A stretch of DNA of 64,000 nucleotides from Octopus bimaculoides. Its lineage: Eukaryota. The notes beneath the pieces are model-generated. The model searched no databases, was not told where the DNA came from, and saw only the letters and a program-made list of their open reading frames with translations. The position numbers and the translations under genes are program-made. Location: positions 59,856,569-59,920,568 of the forward strand of contig NC_068982.1 in assembly GCF_001194135.2 (NCBI RefSeq), given 5' to 3'. This document shows positions 24,201 to 37,132 of this stretch, one piece after another (within the stretch, counting starts at the first letter, position 1; each line of letters starts with the position of its first letter).

Positions 24201-25718
24201 ATCCTTACAGAAAAGAGAAAAAGGAGGGAAAACAAGGTCACTACACAATCAGCCTAGATCAACCTACCTTCCCACACAGGAATTTGATTTGCTATTGCAA
24301 AGAATTAATGAGATATGCAAGCTGCTTTCACACTTTAGCTCTTCAAGTAAGAATTTAAAATTGGAATTTGCTTGCCTTTGTCCTTTTCATTTCTCACCTG
24401 AAGGCAGGTATATAAATTTAGTAGTTTGTACTTTAGAAAACATTTATCATTGTTGCTAACATTAATGATTGTACAGTACTGAGGTTTTCAAATCCATACA
24501 AAATGTTGCCAATAACTTGTTCTAAAATAAAGTGACTTTTCCTCAATACTCTACTGCACGATATCTCGTAAATAATTTCATCTGTTTAATAAGGAACATC
24601 GTCACCAACAAATTCATCATCATCATCATCATCATCGTTTTACATCTATGTTTTTATGCTGGCATGGATTGGATAAGTTTTCTAAAGCAGTGTTTTATAA
24701 GAGGGTTGACAAGAAGTAGGCCAGATGTTGTTGTTCTTGCCAGCCCTTTTAGTTGCCTCATATGAGACATTCAAGTATGTGGTATGGCTATTAAAAACAT
24801 AGATAAACTTAGTATGAACAGTATGAACAAAATATGACAATTAAAATGCAACAGTAATCTCTTTTAAGATATGTTTTCATAGAAAATCTTGCCAAACTTA
24901 TGCAAAAAGGTGTATATACAATATTGCTCTCCATATGTTATATTACACATAAGTGGTATATTTTCTGGATCAGTTTTGTTTGTGTGATCCAGAAGAAAGG
25001 CTATTAAGCTATCTGGCACTAGCTTGAATGCAAATCATCTAGTTATTGGCCTTTGCCCGAAGACATAAAGTAATGCCTGTTACAGAATATAGACTTGGTA
25101 CTTATTCATGAGTCAGACATCTGGAACTTTATCTTCTCAGCCACTGTATACCACAACATATGTGTGTATGTATGTGTATATGTATGTATGAATATATATA
25201 TTTGTATTTGTATGTATGTGTGTGCACGTCAACTATGATAAAGGCATAGGAACACAACTACAAATACTCATATAATCAGATACATTGTTTTTAACTATTG
25301 CATATTGTAATCTATATGTTCAATGAGAGAGAGAGACATATATTTATGGGTAGTAGAGAAAGAGAAAGAGAAAGAAGGAGCAAGAGGCAGAATGATAGAG
25401 TTGAGGGTGGGAGACAGAATGGGAAGACAAATCAATGTATATACAGACATCCATCCATCATTCTGCAAGAATACTGATAATTCCAATGATACTTGTTAAG
25501 TTGCATGAAACAATAAATAAAAAGCCGTTTTCTGTACAGCTGAACACAGATGAAGCTATGTGCAGAGCAGTTTTCCCTATTTTAATGTGTCTAACAATAA
25601 TAATAACAACTACAACACCATTATCAACAACAACAACAACAACAACAACATTGAGAAAAGTATATGCTTGGTTGTATATGTCAGCACGTAAGGTGCAAGA
25701 AGCATTAGTGTCCTTTAG

Positions 25719-25841
25719 TTAAAAACTGTTTTTCGTGGGCTATTTTTGGATGACTTCCATCTGGCGAAGAAAGCAAATCTTCTTCACGACTCAATGTTTG
25801 TCAGGAAGTGTATTCGCAGTTACATATTTGTATTCCCACTG
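25719..25841 (+). CDS. Candidate exon (LKTVFRGLFLDDFHLAKKANLLHDSMFVRKCIRSYIFVFPL)
   Basis: gtgtcctttag| acceptor, 41 open codons, locally CpG-richer, CTG|gtacaa donor (moderate). Phase 0 to 0 fits after 21422. Confidence 0.35.
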
Positions 25842-25952
25842 GTACAATAAACGACACAGTTTCTGGTCAGGAAACCTTTCTGTTCACTTTGGCAGAGAAG
25901 AAAACCACTCATAAAAATAATGATAACAACTGAAACAACAACTATAATAAGG

Positions 25953-25983
<31 letters not shown>

Positions 25984-26401
25984 CAATAATAATAACTACT
26001 ATTATTATTATAAAATAACTTAATAATAGTAAATAATAACATTTAAGGAAAAGGGGAAGGTGAAGATATCACAAACAACAACAACAATAACAATAATAAC
26101 AATAACAATGATAATGCAAGGACAGTTAATAATAAGATTAGAAAGAAAAAATATAAGTAAATAAGATGAAAAATAAATCATTCAAGTGGTAAGCAATCTT
26201 TTATTGATTCCTATGTTTGTATGTGCTGCACATTCAATCAAATTCCTTTGTGTAAGCAACAATAGTATAAACAAGTGTTTATAGTGTATTGATTGGACTT
26301 AAGAAAAGTACAAATTTCAAAACATATGATACAGTGGGAAACAACAGAAAATATGGATGTTACCATTTGGTCCATGGAACAAGTTCAAATCTGCATGTTT
26401 G

Positions 26402-26450
<49 letters not shown>

Positions 26451-26514
26451 TGATGATGATGGTGATGATGATGATGATGGTGGTGATGATGATGATGGTG
26501 ATGATGATGGTGGT

Positions 26515-26870
26515 GTTTTCAAATTTTGGCACAAGTCCAGCAAGTTCGAAAGATGGTGTAAGTTGATTATATCAACCCCAGTGTTCAGCTGGTACTTATT
26601 TTATTGACTCCCCAAAAGGAAAAAAGCAAAGTCAACCTTGGTTGAATTTGGACTCAAAATCAAACGAAATCAAAAATGATAATAATAAATTTTCTTTCTA
26701 ATCTTGGTCCAAGGGCTGTTGTTTTCAGGACAAGGGTTAAATGATATTATAGACCACAATGCTAGACTGGTACTTTATTTTATCAACTCAGAGGGGAGAA
26801 AAACAAAAACAAAGTTGGCATTTGAACTCAGAATTGGCAGAATTTGAACTCAGGACATAAAGTGCCAAAA
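26515..26870 (-). mobile_element. Two adjacent degenerate SINE family D copies
   Basis: ttttggcacaag...ctggtacttattttattgac...gcaaagtcaacc...gaatttg(a/g)actca occurs twice. Confidence 0.65.
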
Positions 26871-27298
26871 GAGACGTTGCATTTAGTTTGACCTGCCACA
26901 AGGTTTGATAAAAGAATTGAAGACAGTGCAGGTTAATACTGGAATTATATTTCTAAAATATACACATTGTGTAAAGAAAGGAAATAAAAACATTGTAAAC
27001 AAAATTGAAACAAAGAAAAGTACCTCAAAAGTGAAGTTATTAAGGGTTACTTATGAAAACCTCATAACAACGATGGTCACTCTGACCACTGGGCCAAGTG
27101 CCTTCTTCCAGCAATCCTTCTTCAATCTACAGGTGCATATGCAGAACAGAATTATTCACTATCCTCATCTATCTTTCAACATATTTGCAGTGAAGGTTTA
27201 CGGCATTTAGGGTTAGGGTTATGCCGAAGATGGGTGGTGTGCATATTCTTTACCTCTGCCCATATTTACTTGGCAGCAACATGTCCTTCTCTATTCTC

Positions 27299-28900
27299 TT
27301 TTTTTTTTTTTTTCAAGAGAAGCTCACAAATGACTAAAAAAATACTAATGACAGCTTGACCAAAAGAGAAAGGAAAGGGTCTGTCTGTTTGCAGCCCTCT
27401 CACTCATACAATCTCTTCTGCCAAAGTCATCATACAGCAAAAGAGAAAAACTGCCCAGCCTTCCTAGCCAAAGATTAAAGCAGCCAGACGATCTCCCAAT
27501 GGATTACTTGAGAGCAACCATCTGACATATCACCATAAGTCAGCAATGTCCAGGCACTAGAGAAGTGTATCAAACTGATTTCTTTGCCCTGCGCACATCT
27601 TGGACAGGCCTGGTTGTATATTTTATCTTAAACCAGCAATGCACTACGATAGCATAGCCAGACTAAGGTTTTCTGGAAATTATCCATAAACCCCAACCCA
27701 AAAGTTTTTCATAACTGACCAGCCAGTTGATTTTCATCGACTCCCAGACCTTCTCTGAGATTACTGTCACTTTTGCCTATCACTGATCCTCAATAGAAAA
27801 ACTATGTGGAACTTTCATCGATTGCATTGCCTGACAGGCTGGTAGTATCTGACGTCATCATTCAAGATGCCAAATATCCTGTCTCGGTTTTTGCTTGACA
27901 TTGCCCTATAACTCTATCAAAGAGGCAAGTTGTGAAAAGAGAGTCTAACAATGACCAAATTTGTCCACGGTCAAGGAATTGCTGTGCATGTCACAGCATC
28001 AGCTCATGTCTGTACATCATTAACCACTACATGCCAAGTCCCCGCTGCAGCGAGTGCTGACTGTAAATAGAGCACCAGACCAGTGAAACATGCCCTTCCC
28101 TAAAATGTGGAATTGTAGATACTCTAGTATGATAAAATGGGGAAATACGTGACAATCAGGCATTAATAGATGATGGAAGCAATGTAGGCATTCACTACCT
28201 CAGTTCGATTTTTCAGAGATAGCTTCCTCTTGGTCCATTTCTGAATGAGATTAGTCATGCTAATTGTCACTTCATCCGAGCTCTTCTCTATTTTGAGATG
28301 AAACCAAACCGCATACAATTTATCCAATCTGTCTGACAGCACTCCATGATATTGTGGGTCGATATGAGCTGCCTTTCCAAATGCCTAGCCACAGGCTCAC
28401 TGTTTTTTTTTTCCTGGTTGATTTTGGCTCTTGTTACCATCTCATACACCCTTAAAGTGATATCGATTACACTGATGTGCTTAATGGCTGTCATTAAAGG
28501 CTTTCTGTATCAAAGTTCACACAAAATACCCCTCAGTGTCTCGAGCTTACACTGAGTCAAAAGTCAATACATACAGAGGAGCCAAGAGTTAATCTTTACA
28601 GATCAAGCACATAATACTGAATGTTTCTGATAGGTGGTCATTCAACTTAGCTTTGGAGCAGATTTGCTATACATTGTTGAAGGAAAGTGAAAGAACCACT
28701 TACTTTGTTCCTGTGAAAGAATTCTTTTGTCTTTCCATCATGTAATACATCATCTAGAACTTCTTTTGAGGGCATAACGAAGCTTTACCCCTGATCTTCG
28801 TGAAGCATAAAGAAATCCCCTCTTTTACTCTAACTTGGACAAATTCCTCAAGGAGACATAATGCTACATTCCATCCTTTGAATGGGCTCAACAAATGTTT
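27299..28900 (-). mobile_element. Tx1/L1-clade LINE, decayed ORF2 (RT C-half and zinc-knuckle region) with poly(A)
   Basis: Minus frames give NDHLSETFSI, RVYEMVTRAKINQEK, LYAVWFHLKIEK...IQKWTKRKLSLKNRTEVVNAYIASIIY* and MDNFQKTLVWLCYRSALLV*DKI...CPRCAQ. An A-run lies at the 3' end (plus-strand T run about 27299-27313). Confidence 0.85.
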
Positions 28901-29867
28901 AAAACCACCCTTTGGCTTACAATTCTAGCAAAGAAATTGATGTCAGGACGTTTTTGTTTAAATCATTCATTTCTGCATTGTTGTTGGTATTTTCGTTAGT
29001 GACAAGTAATTTTGCATTTTTGGTTATCAAATTGTGCTTGTCTGAGTTTATTAGTATCTGGTTTATTGTAATTTTTATGTTTACCATTTTTTATTTCTAG
29101 ATTTCATTTTTGCTTATTCAAAAATTATTCATCTTTTTCTTTTGAGTGGCTATATCCAATGATAAATCCATTTCTGTTAATACCTTTTATTGCTCATCTA
29201 ATAAAAGAAATCATATTGAATAGACTGTAAACAGGAAAAAAAAATTTTTAGTACACAACATAATGATAATGTCTATGAGACCGATCTTATGTTCATTCCA
29301 TGTATTGGAATAGACGTCCAAATGTTTTGAAACTTTTGGCTTGCAAAATAATCCAAAAATGAAAACTTTTACCCATTAGAATTTGATAACAATCATATTT
29401 TCTTGGAACGTAGGCATCACAAAGTTATATAAAAACAAATATGTTGTGTAATAAACTTATTCAAATATTGATATAACTTACAGGACGTTTTACAATGATG
29501 GTATTTAAATTTTGACTAGGTTAAAAACACAGAATAAGTATAAAATTACATAAAGCAATAATTAAAAGAAGATATAATTTAAATAATGTGAAACGCAGTT
29601 TGAATCAACTACACATTGGGGATAAACCACAATCTAGATTAAATCAGAGCTCCCAATAACTCTAATCCTCTTCTACTTTCTATTTTTCTCTCTTTTGGCC
29701 CACTTCATTGCAAGTTTTAAAAATGTCCATGTGAGTGGAAACAGAAATGATTCATGTCTAGAAGACAGATCTGTTTGCACAGATTTTAAACACCCACACA
29801 CAAAGAAAGTTGTAAAGTTCTAAATGGCTTCGTTCTTTAGTTTTAATTACTAACATGTCTTCCATAG

Positions 29868-30049
29868 AAGATGAGACGATCTTTCAAAGTTTCCACAGCT
29901 ACGCCTGTTAGAGTCTTACATAAAGCAGTTTGTGTGGCCTGCTACCGCGTTTACTATCTTTTGCCTTTCTTTGCTTTAGTTCTTATAGGCAGAATGTTCT
30001 TACTTATACCATGTGGAGCATTTTTACTTTCTACTCAGAAAAATCAATC
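29868..30049 (+). CDS. Candidate exon (KMRRSFKVSTATPVRVLHKAVCVACYRVYYLLPFFALVLIGRMFLLIPCGAFLLSTQKNQ)
   Basis: actaac branch point, gtcttccatag| acceptor, 60 open codons, ATC|gtaaaa donor. An internal acceptor at 29988 makes the boundaries uncertain. Confidence 0.3.
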
Positions 30050-30266
30050 GTAAAATCTTTTCCTTGGCATCTATGCAGGGCACAACTCTGAGATAATCTT
30101 CTTGTGTCATAATAGCATGTATATTCATAGATACCCCACCCAACTACATATCATCAAAAGTCCTCTCAGGGTTGAATATCCACCCATATAAAGCAAATTG
30201 AAGTAACTATGAGTAAAAGCAATCTCATCACTGATGTTGTATATTCTAACCTTTGTCTTCCTTCAG

Positions 30267-30290
30267 TTTGAAAAGAACTTTTCTCTATGG
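30267..30290 (+). CDS. Candidate 24-nt micro-exon (LKRTFLYG or FEKNFSLW)
   Basis: ttctaacctttgtcttccttcag| (branch point and strong pyrimidine tract) and TGG|gtagga donor. Confidence 0.4.
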
Positions 30291-30370
30291 GTAGGAATGT
30301 GATGTACAAACACCACTCGTGTCTTTGCTCTATCTCTAGTTTTAAAAGTAATATATAACATAGCCTAGGC

Positions 30371-30410
<40 letters not shown>

Positions 30411-31189
30411 GCCCAGAGTAGATGTAATTCCACACATCACTGAAGGCATCCTTCAGCCATTCTTTGAAGAGCCCAAAGAAAGCTCCTATAATTTTGATAG
30501 TAGATAAATAGTCTAACTTCACTTTTTCCTCACCTCTGAGTGACAACTTTGTGTAAACAGGTGATTACTATCGTACCAAGAGTCTGCTATGCAATCTCAA
30601 TTTTCCTTTTACCAAAATGCGCCATGTCTGAAGTTCGTCTGTTGCATGTTATATTTGCAAAACACAAAATTGGTCCTCCACTCAAATTCCTATCATTAAA
30701 AAATGCAGTTACTCTCGTTTGGCAAAGCTTGGATGTGTGTATGTGAGTGTTGCTTTCATTATTGCAGTTTTGCCAAAGTATCAATAGGACTGCTCTTAAC
30801 AGTATTATTTTCCTCAGAAATGTCAATATTTCTCTTTGTAAAGTGCATATATTTTGTTGCAAAATATTCCTGTTAGTTTTCTTTGTGTGTGGGTGTTTAA
30901 AATCTGTGCAAAGAGATTCGCTTTTAATATGTTTGATGGTAGGCGTTCCCTGTCACCTTTGTAATACATTCTTGTAAAAGAATAAAAAAAAATAGAATTT
31001 GCCTAATGAGAGATCTATTTTAATATCATCTGGACATTGTATGTTCAGACTTCCAAATTTTGAAATATTCCCTTGACAAAAATAATACATAACTTTATGT
31101 ATTTTCATACAGTTCAAGCATTTTAGAATACATGAAGAATTAATAAAAGGAACAGGTCAATTGTCAATAATGATAATGAGAATGATAAT

Positions 31190-31638
31190 TTCAAATTTTA
31201 GCACAAGGCCAGCAATTTCAGGACAGTGTGTAAAGTCGATTGCATCGACCTCAGTACTTGACTGGTACTTTTTTATATCCTTGTATGTTGGATATATAAT
31301 ATAACGAAGCAGGGGGGGGGGAGAAAGTATTTACACGATGCACTACTATTAATATTACACAAGATTCACTGCTTTATATCAACGGCTACAGTGAATTGCT
31401 TACCAGCCTGAACTGCCAATCGCTCACAGTTCTTTACATTATAACAATGGGAGAGTCCACCTTCAGTCACTGGTGGTGGTGGGGAGTTGGAATCCTTCCA
31501 CAACATAATTATTTCATTGATCCTAATAGGATGAAAGGCAAAGCTAACATCGGCAGAATTTGAACTCAGAACATGAAGATGGACAAAATGCCATTAAGAA
31601 TTTCATCCAGTGTGCTAACAATTCTGCCAGCTCACCCC

Positions 31639-31642
<4 letters not shown>
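31190..31642 (-). mobile_element. SINE family D split by an insertion
   Basis: 3' part at 31190-31270 and 5' part at 31505-31642, followed by (AAT)n. Confidence 0.6.
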
Positions 31643-31706
<64 letters not shown>

Positions 31707-33019
31707 TCCTTTTTTAAGCACTAGGCTCATAGGCACATACAAATAACTTTTTAAAAACATGGGGTTATACATTCATGTTAAATAAAAATTATGGAAGTTT
31801 TAGAAGTAGGTTATACACTGAATGCATTATGTATTTGATTATGATTAAAGAAAACAGAATAAATATAAAATTATATAAAGCAATGACTCATAATGATGAA
31901 AGAGTATTCAAAAATTCTTTTGCCCAAATTTGAGCATTATAATTAATATAAGTGTTTAGTTTATTGCAGGGTGTTATATGGTTCATAAAAGTTAGTTATC
32001 GATGATGGTTTGTGTGGCAAATATAAAAAGAATTCTTATTAGTTGAGATACTATACACCAATAACTGGTAGAACTGTGAATAAAGTTAAGAATCTAAGTA
32101 AAATTAAGGGGTAAGGAGATGTCCAAGCATGGACTAGGCTGTAGGTTGTTGTAGCATAGTCCCAAGTCAGTTCTTAGCAAGCAGAACCATGATCAAAAGC
32201 ATTCCAGCCAGGAAACCACCTCTTTTTTCCTGAGAAAATATGTCTGGTACTTGTCCACAATCTTCAAATATGTCAGAGTGTGAGTTGAAGGACAATTAAC
32301 TGCTATTTGTAGCAGTGTGACAAACATGTAAAGCCTTATGAGCAGTATATTAAAGGTTTACATGACAAAGAAAAAAAACAATGCATGTCTGTATATTTAT
32401 GCACATATATATCTGTATGTATATCTGTGTGCTTATATACTCACGCACACACACATCTACAAACTGGCAAAGGTAACAAATCAGAAGTGACACACAGCTC
32501 TGGCATAGATCTGGTGTTCAGAGCTACCTTCTGTTGAAGCTTAGGCAAACAATAAAATAATTAGATCAAAATGAAGCACAGATATTTAAGGATCAGCAAG
32601 CCAAAGCGAAAGGATTGATCAAAATTACTATACATGACAAACAAAGATAATTCTAAACATTGGTTTTAATTTTTCAAATATAAGATGGGAGATATTGGCA
32701 ATCAAGTAGCCTCAGTATTGTGATTGAATAACCTGGGTGCAGATATAATTGTATGGTTAAGAAGTTTTCTTCAAAGCCACAAGATCACATAATCATACAT
32801 CACAGTGCTATGGATGTCCTCTACAGCAGTCTCAGGCTGACCAATATTTTGTGAATGAAATTTTGTAGATGGGTACTATACAGAAGCCTATTGTGTATGT
32901 ATATACACACTCTCATATATACCTTATACATATGCACTATACACACGTACACACATGTATCTAAATATCAAACAGTGAGAATGAGTACTCAACACAGAAT
33001 TGGTGGATAAAGATTCTTT

Positions 33020-33224
33020 ATTTGTTGACTGAGGTTACCATTGGTTCCTGTTAAGAAAGCCCTTCACAATTATCAAGCCTATCACATGGAACATCAGTTT
33101 TCGTGTCCATTTTGGATAAAACAATTCCAAAATGGAGACAAACATCAATGTTCCATGTGATAAGCTTGATAATTGTAAAGGGCTTTCTTAACATGAAACC
33201 AATGGTAGCCTCAATCAACAAAAT
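33020..33224. mobile_element. About 205-bp fold-back (MITE-like) element
   Basis: atttgttgactgaggttaccattggttcctgttaagaaagcccttcacaattatcaagcctatcacatggaacat pairs with 33148-33224. Inner stem tgtccattttgga/tccaaaatggagaca around a 9-nt loop. Confidence 0.7.
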
Positions 33225-33964
33225 ATATATGCATCTATGTATATGGACATTTTGCATTTTTTTTTTTTTACTTTGATCATCTCAATTTTTTTGTTCTGTG
33301 ACTTAAGATTTTTTCCTTTTCCACCCTTTGTTTTACTGTCTCACAGTCAAAATTACATTTTACCATCATTATATGTTTTGAGCTTACTCAAACACATACC
33401 ATCCTACTCCACTTCCTTCACACTTTTAATCACACACAATCTTATACAACCTCACATGCATGCTTTCATACTGCTCACATGACAATTACACGTATTCAGA
33501 TGCCAGTCTCACACTCCACTAACCAAGGCCTCCTTTACACACTCACACACATTCATACACATACATATGCCCCACCAACACACATCTCCCTCACGATCAC
33601 CCTAAAGCTTTAGGTGATCGTGAGAGAGATGCATGAAAGTGGTGTGTGTTGCACAAACAGGTGCACAAATGCATTAACACATTAACCTAATCATACCACC
33701 ACCTTTCTTCTTGATCCCTCTCAATAAAATGACATTCTTTAATGCCTTATAACCATAAAACCTTCTCCCTGAATCGTTCACTGATCTCATATGTAAATTT
33801 AATAAATTTTTTATCCTCTAATTTTTACAAAAACTTTTTCATCCACTCCTTTTCATCCTAAAGAAAGACTAATGTCTGAAAGATCAAGTGATTTTAAATT
33901 CATTTCCAATACTTTTTCAATTGTTAAACTAAAACCATAATAGTCATATATTACTTTTTTCTTT

Positions 33965-34114
33965 GTGGCTGTATAGGCACAGGCATTGCTTCTCAACCCC
34001 ATGGTTTTACATTCAGTCCTACAGCATGGCACCTTGGGTGAGTGTTTTCTACTATAGCCTTGAGGCCAACCTAAGCTTTGTGAGTGGATTTGGTAGACAG
34101 AAACTGAAAGAAGC

Positions 34115-34152
<38 letters not shown>

Positions 34153-34410
34153 GTGTGTGTGTGTGTGTGTTTGCGTGCGTGTGTGTGTATTTATATATGT
34201 GTGTGCATGACTTTGTTTGCCTGTGTTTGTCTCCCCACTACCACTTGACAACCAGGTTTGGCTTATTTATGTCGCTACAACTTAGCAGTTCAGTTATAGA
34301 TATTGACAGAGTAAGGATCAGGCTTAAAAAAAATAAGTTCATGGGTCAATTTGTTTGACTTAAGTTCAAGGTAGTGCCCCAGCATGACAACAATCTAATG
34401 ACAGAAACAG
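33965..34410 (+). mobile_element. SINE family A, full length
   Basis: Head, core, central microsatellite and 3' half. Confidence 0.85.
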
Positions 34411-35152
34411 GTAAAAAAAAAATACATATGTATATTTTGTTGAGATATATTTATAAAAGAGGTAAGCAGTGATAATAAAACTAAAACAAAAAAAAAGAAA
34501 GAAAAGAAAGTGGTGCTTTGAAATAAAAAAAATAGCTTGTGTAATACTAGTTTCACCAAGTAAGGCAATCAACATCAGAAATGCAGTGAACCCATGATTG
34601 GTCCATGTAAAACCTATGATGCTATCTTTAAGAGATGCAGGATACAAAAACAATAATGTGAAGTACAAAAGCCAGATAATGTTGCTGTTGTTTGGTACAA
34701 GTGTCCTTGGAATACTCAGCCAATTACACATGAATTCAGGAGTTTGTCAGTCCTGATCCTGTAAAACTATGGTCAAATCCACTCCAGCCATTATTATCTT
34801 GTTTTTCTTGCAGTATAGCATACGCCAGATAGCATTGTTTCTTTCATTTTCCCCATTCCTTTATCTGTGATTTGTAAGAGCGATTTGGCTGCTATTTTTA
34901 GCAGATGAAGCAACATTCATAGGGGTTTCTTCATTATTTTGTCAGTCAAAAGTTGATATGCTTAACATCTACATTCCCAGACATATTCAGAGTAAAGGTC
35001 TAATGCAACTAGAGACGCCAGTTAATTATATTCCCTAAGCCATGGGAATAAGAAATCAGAACCATACATATGATATGTATATATATATATATATGTATGT
35101 ATATACATACATACATACATACAGAAATATATATATATATATATATTATATG

Positions 35153-35207
<55 letters not shown>

Positions 35208-35648
35208 TCATATATATATTTATATATGTACATACATTTACACACATATGTATGTACGTATGTATGTATGTGCTGGGACATAGAAATACTCAGGTCGATG
35301 CATGAAGGCATAATAAACCCATGGGAAATGAAGGATCCCTGGTCTTTGTGAAGGCATCTCTCTAGAAGAAGTCTAACTTGTATATAAAACCCACTGTTCT
35401 ACTGAGACAGTCATCTTGAACTTAGCTCGTCCCTGAGTTTCTTGGTATTGCTAGTGAGAGTCATCATGGTTTTATGCAAGCTTCACATGACTTAGACCCT
35501 CTGCATGGCATTGCTTACACATCTAACAGCAATGGTTATGCTCATCTATCAAGTAGAAAGCCATCATACATCATGTATGTATATGCAGTGAGATCCAGAG
35601 ATTTTCCATATAGAAGACAATTAGTAGTGCTTAAAAGATTCTTTACAG

Positions 35649-35664
35649 GGGATCATTCCACAAG
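35649..35664 (+). CDS. Candidate 16-nt micro-exon ((G)GSFHK)
   Basis: agattctttacag| acceptor and AAG|gtaaag donor. Phase 2 to 0 fits after 30290. Confidence 0.3.
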
Positions 35665-36301
35665 GTAAAGAAAGAGGCATCAAGTTGAGCAGGTATAGAG
35701 GCAATTATGCAGATAAACAAGTTAGATACACCAAATGTATGTCTATATATTTATATTTAAAAATTCATCATCTGAAAGTCTCCACCTTTTGCTTTCTCTT
35801 GTTTTGCATTTATACATATTTTGAATTTAATATATTTTATAAATCTGATGTATCTAATTTGCTTATCTGCATAATTGCCTCTATGTGCAGGTATATGTAT
35901 AAATAGGTGCATTGGGTTTTAATGGTTAAAAAGTTCACTTTGCTAACATGAGATCCCAGGTTTGATAGCACTATATAACATCCTGCAAATAATATTCTAT
36001 AATTTCATCTTGAAACACCTTGTGAATGAAATTTACTGACTGGAAGCTATATAAAAGCCTGTTGGCTGAGTTATACTTGTAATTAAAAAGCACATCTTTA
36101 TCAAACACTGAGTCAGGCTGATTCTGCCTGAGAATCAACTTAATGGTACATATGTCATTGGAATGCTCATCATCTACTTATACATTAATTCAGGAGCAGG
36201 TAATTTAGTTGAGTGAACAACTGAATCTTCATCATCAAAATTGATGGAGAACCATCTGCCCACACACACGCATGTTTATATTTATACACATACACACAAA
36301 C

Positions 36302-36344
<43 letters not shown>

Positions 36345-36347
<3 letters not shown>

Positions 36348-36792
36348 GACTACTGACCGAGACCTTTGGAAATGTGCTGTGCGTGAGAACACCCGGCAAG
36401 CCAAGTAAGATCGTTGCCAGTGCCCCTGGACTGGTTCTTGTGCGGGTGGCACATGAGCTGCACCATTTTGAGCGTGGCCGTTGCCAGTACCGCCTGACTG
36501 GCTCCTGTAGGATTTTCGAGCGAGACCGTTGCCAGTGCCCCTGGACTGGCTTGTGCGGGTGGCACATAAAAGACACCATTTCGAGCATGGCCGTTTTCGT
36601 GCGGGTGACACGTAAAAGCACCCACTACACTCTCTGAGTGGTTGGCGTTAGGAAGGGCATCCAGCTGTAGAAACTCTGCCAAATCAGACTGGAGCCTGGT
36701 GTTGCCATCCGGTTTCACCAGTCCTCAGTCAAATCGTCCAACCCATGCTAGCATGGAAAGCGGACGTTAAACGATGATGATGATGATGATGA
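36345..36792 (+). mobile_element. 5'-truncated RTE LINE: ORF2 end, sub-repeated 3' UTR and (GAT)n tail
   Basis: ATGACTACTGACCGAGACCTTTGGAAATGTGCTGTGCGTGAGAACACCCGGCAAGCCAAGTAA = MTTDRDLWKCAVRENTRQAK*. cgttgccagt sub-repeats, many CpGs retained (young copy). Confidence 0.85.
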
Positions 36793-37094
36793 TATATGAC
36801 TGCCATGTCTAGCTGACAGGTGTCCAGTAGTGATAAAGAAAAATACCTTGAAACCTCACTGGTCTACTGGTCTTGTCACCACTAGATGGTAGGGGTTCGC
36901 TCCCCTGCTCACAGTATATTGGACATAAGTTGTGTCATTAACCAGCTGGATGAGATGCCCTCCTGGGGTAAAAGAATGGTAGTAACATAGTTCCGTACAG
37001 AACAGCCATGTTGAAGTGGCAACAAACATTACTTTTCAGTATTGTTAATCCTTATATCTCTTATAGAGATTTTAGAACTAGCTACTTTGCTTGC

Positions 37095-37132
<38 letters not shown>

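Larger units (their letters stand above)
29774..30912. repeat. Perfect 35-bp inverted repeat pair (29774-29808 and 30878-30912)
   Basis: tttgcacagattttaaacacccacacacaaagaaa and its exact reverse complement. No TSD found. Confidence 0.95.

Noticed and set aside
27201-27226. (TTAGGG)2TT flanked by the 6-bp inverted repeat cggcat/atgccg
   Set aside because: Only about two telomeric units, which is within chance for 64 kb. No telomeric array.
36410-36620. Regularly spaced cgttgccagt repeats resembling a CRISPR array
   Set aside because: The spacers are homologous to each other, the context is a eukaryotic LINE 3' UTR, and there are no cas genes.
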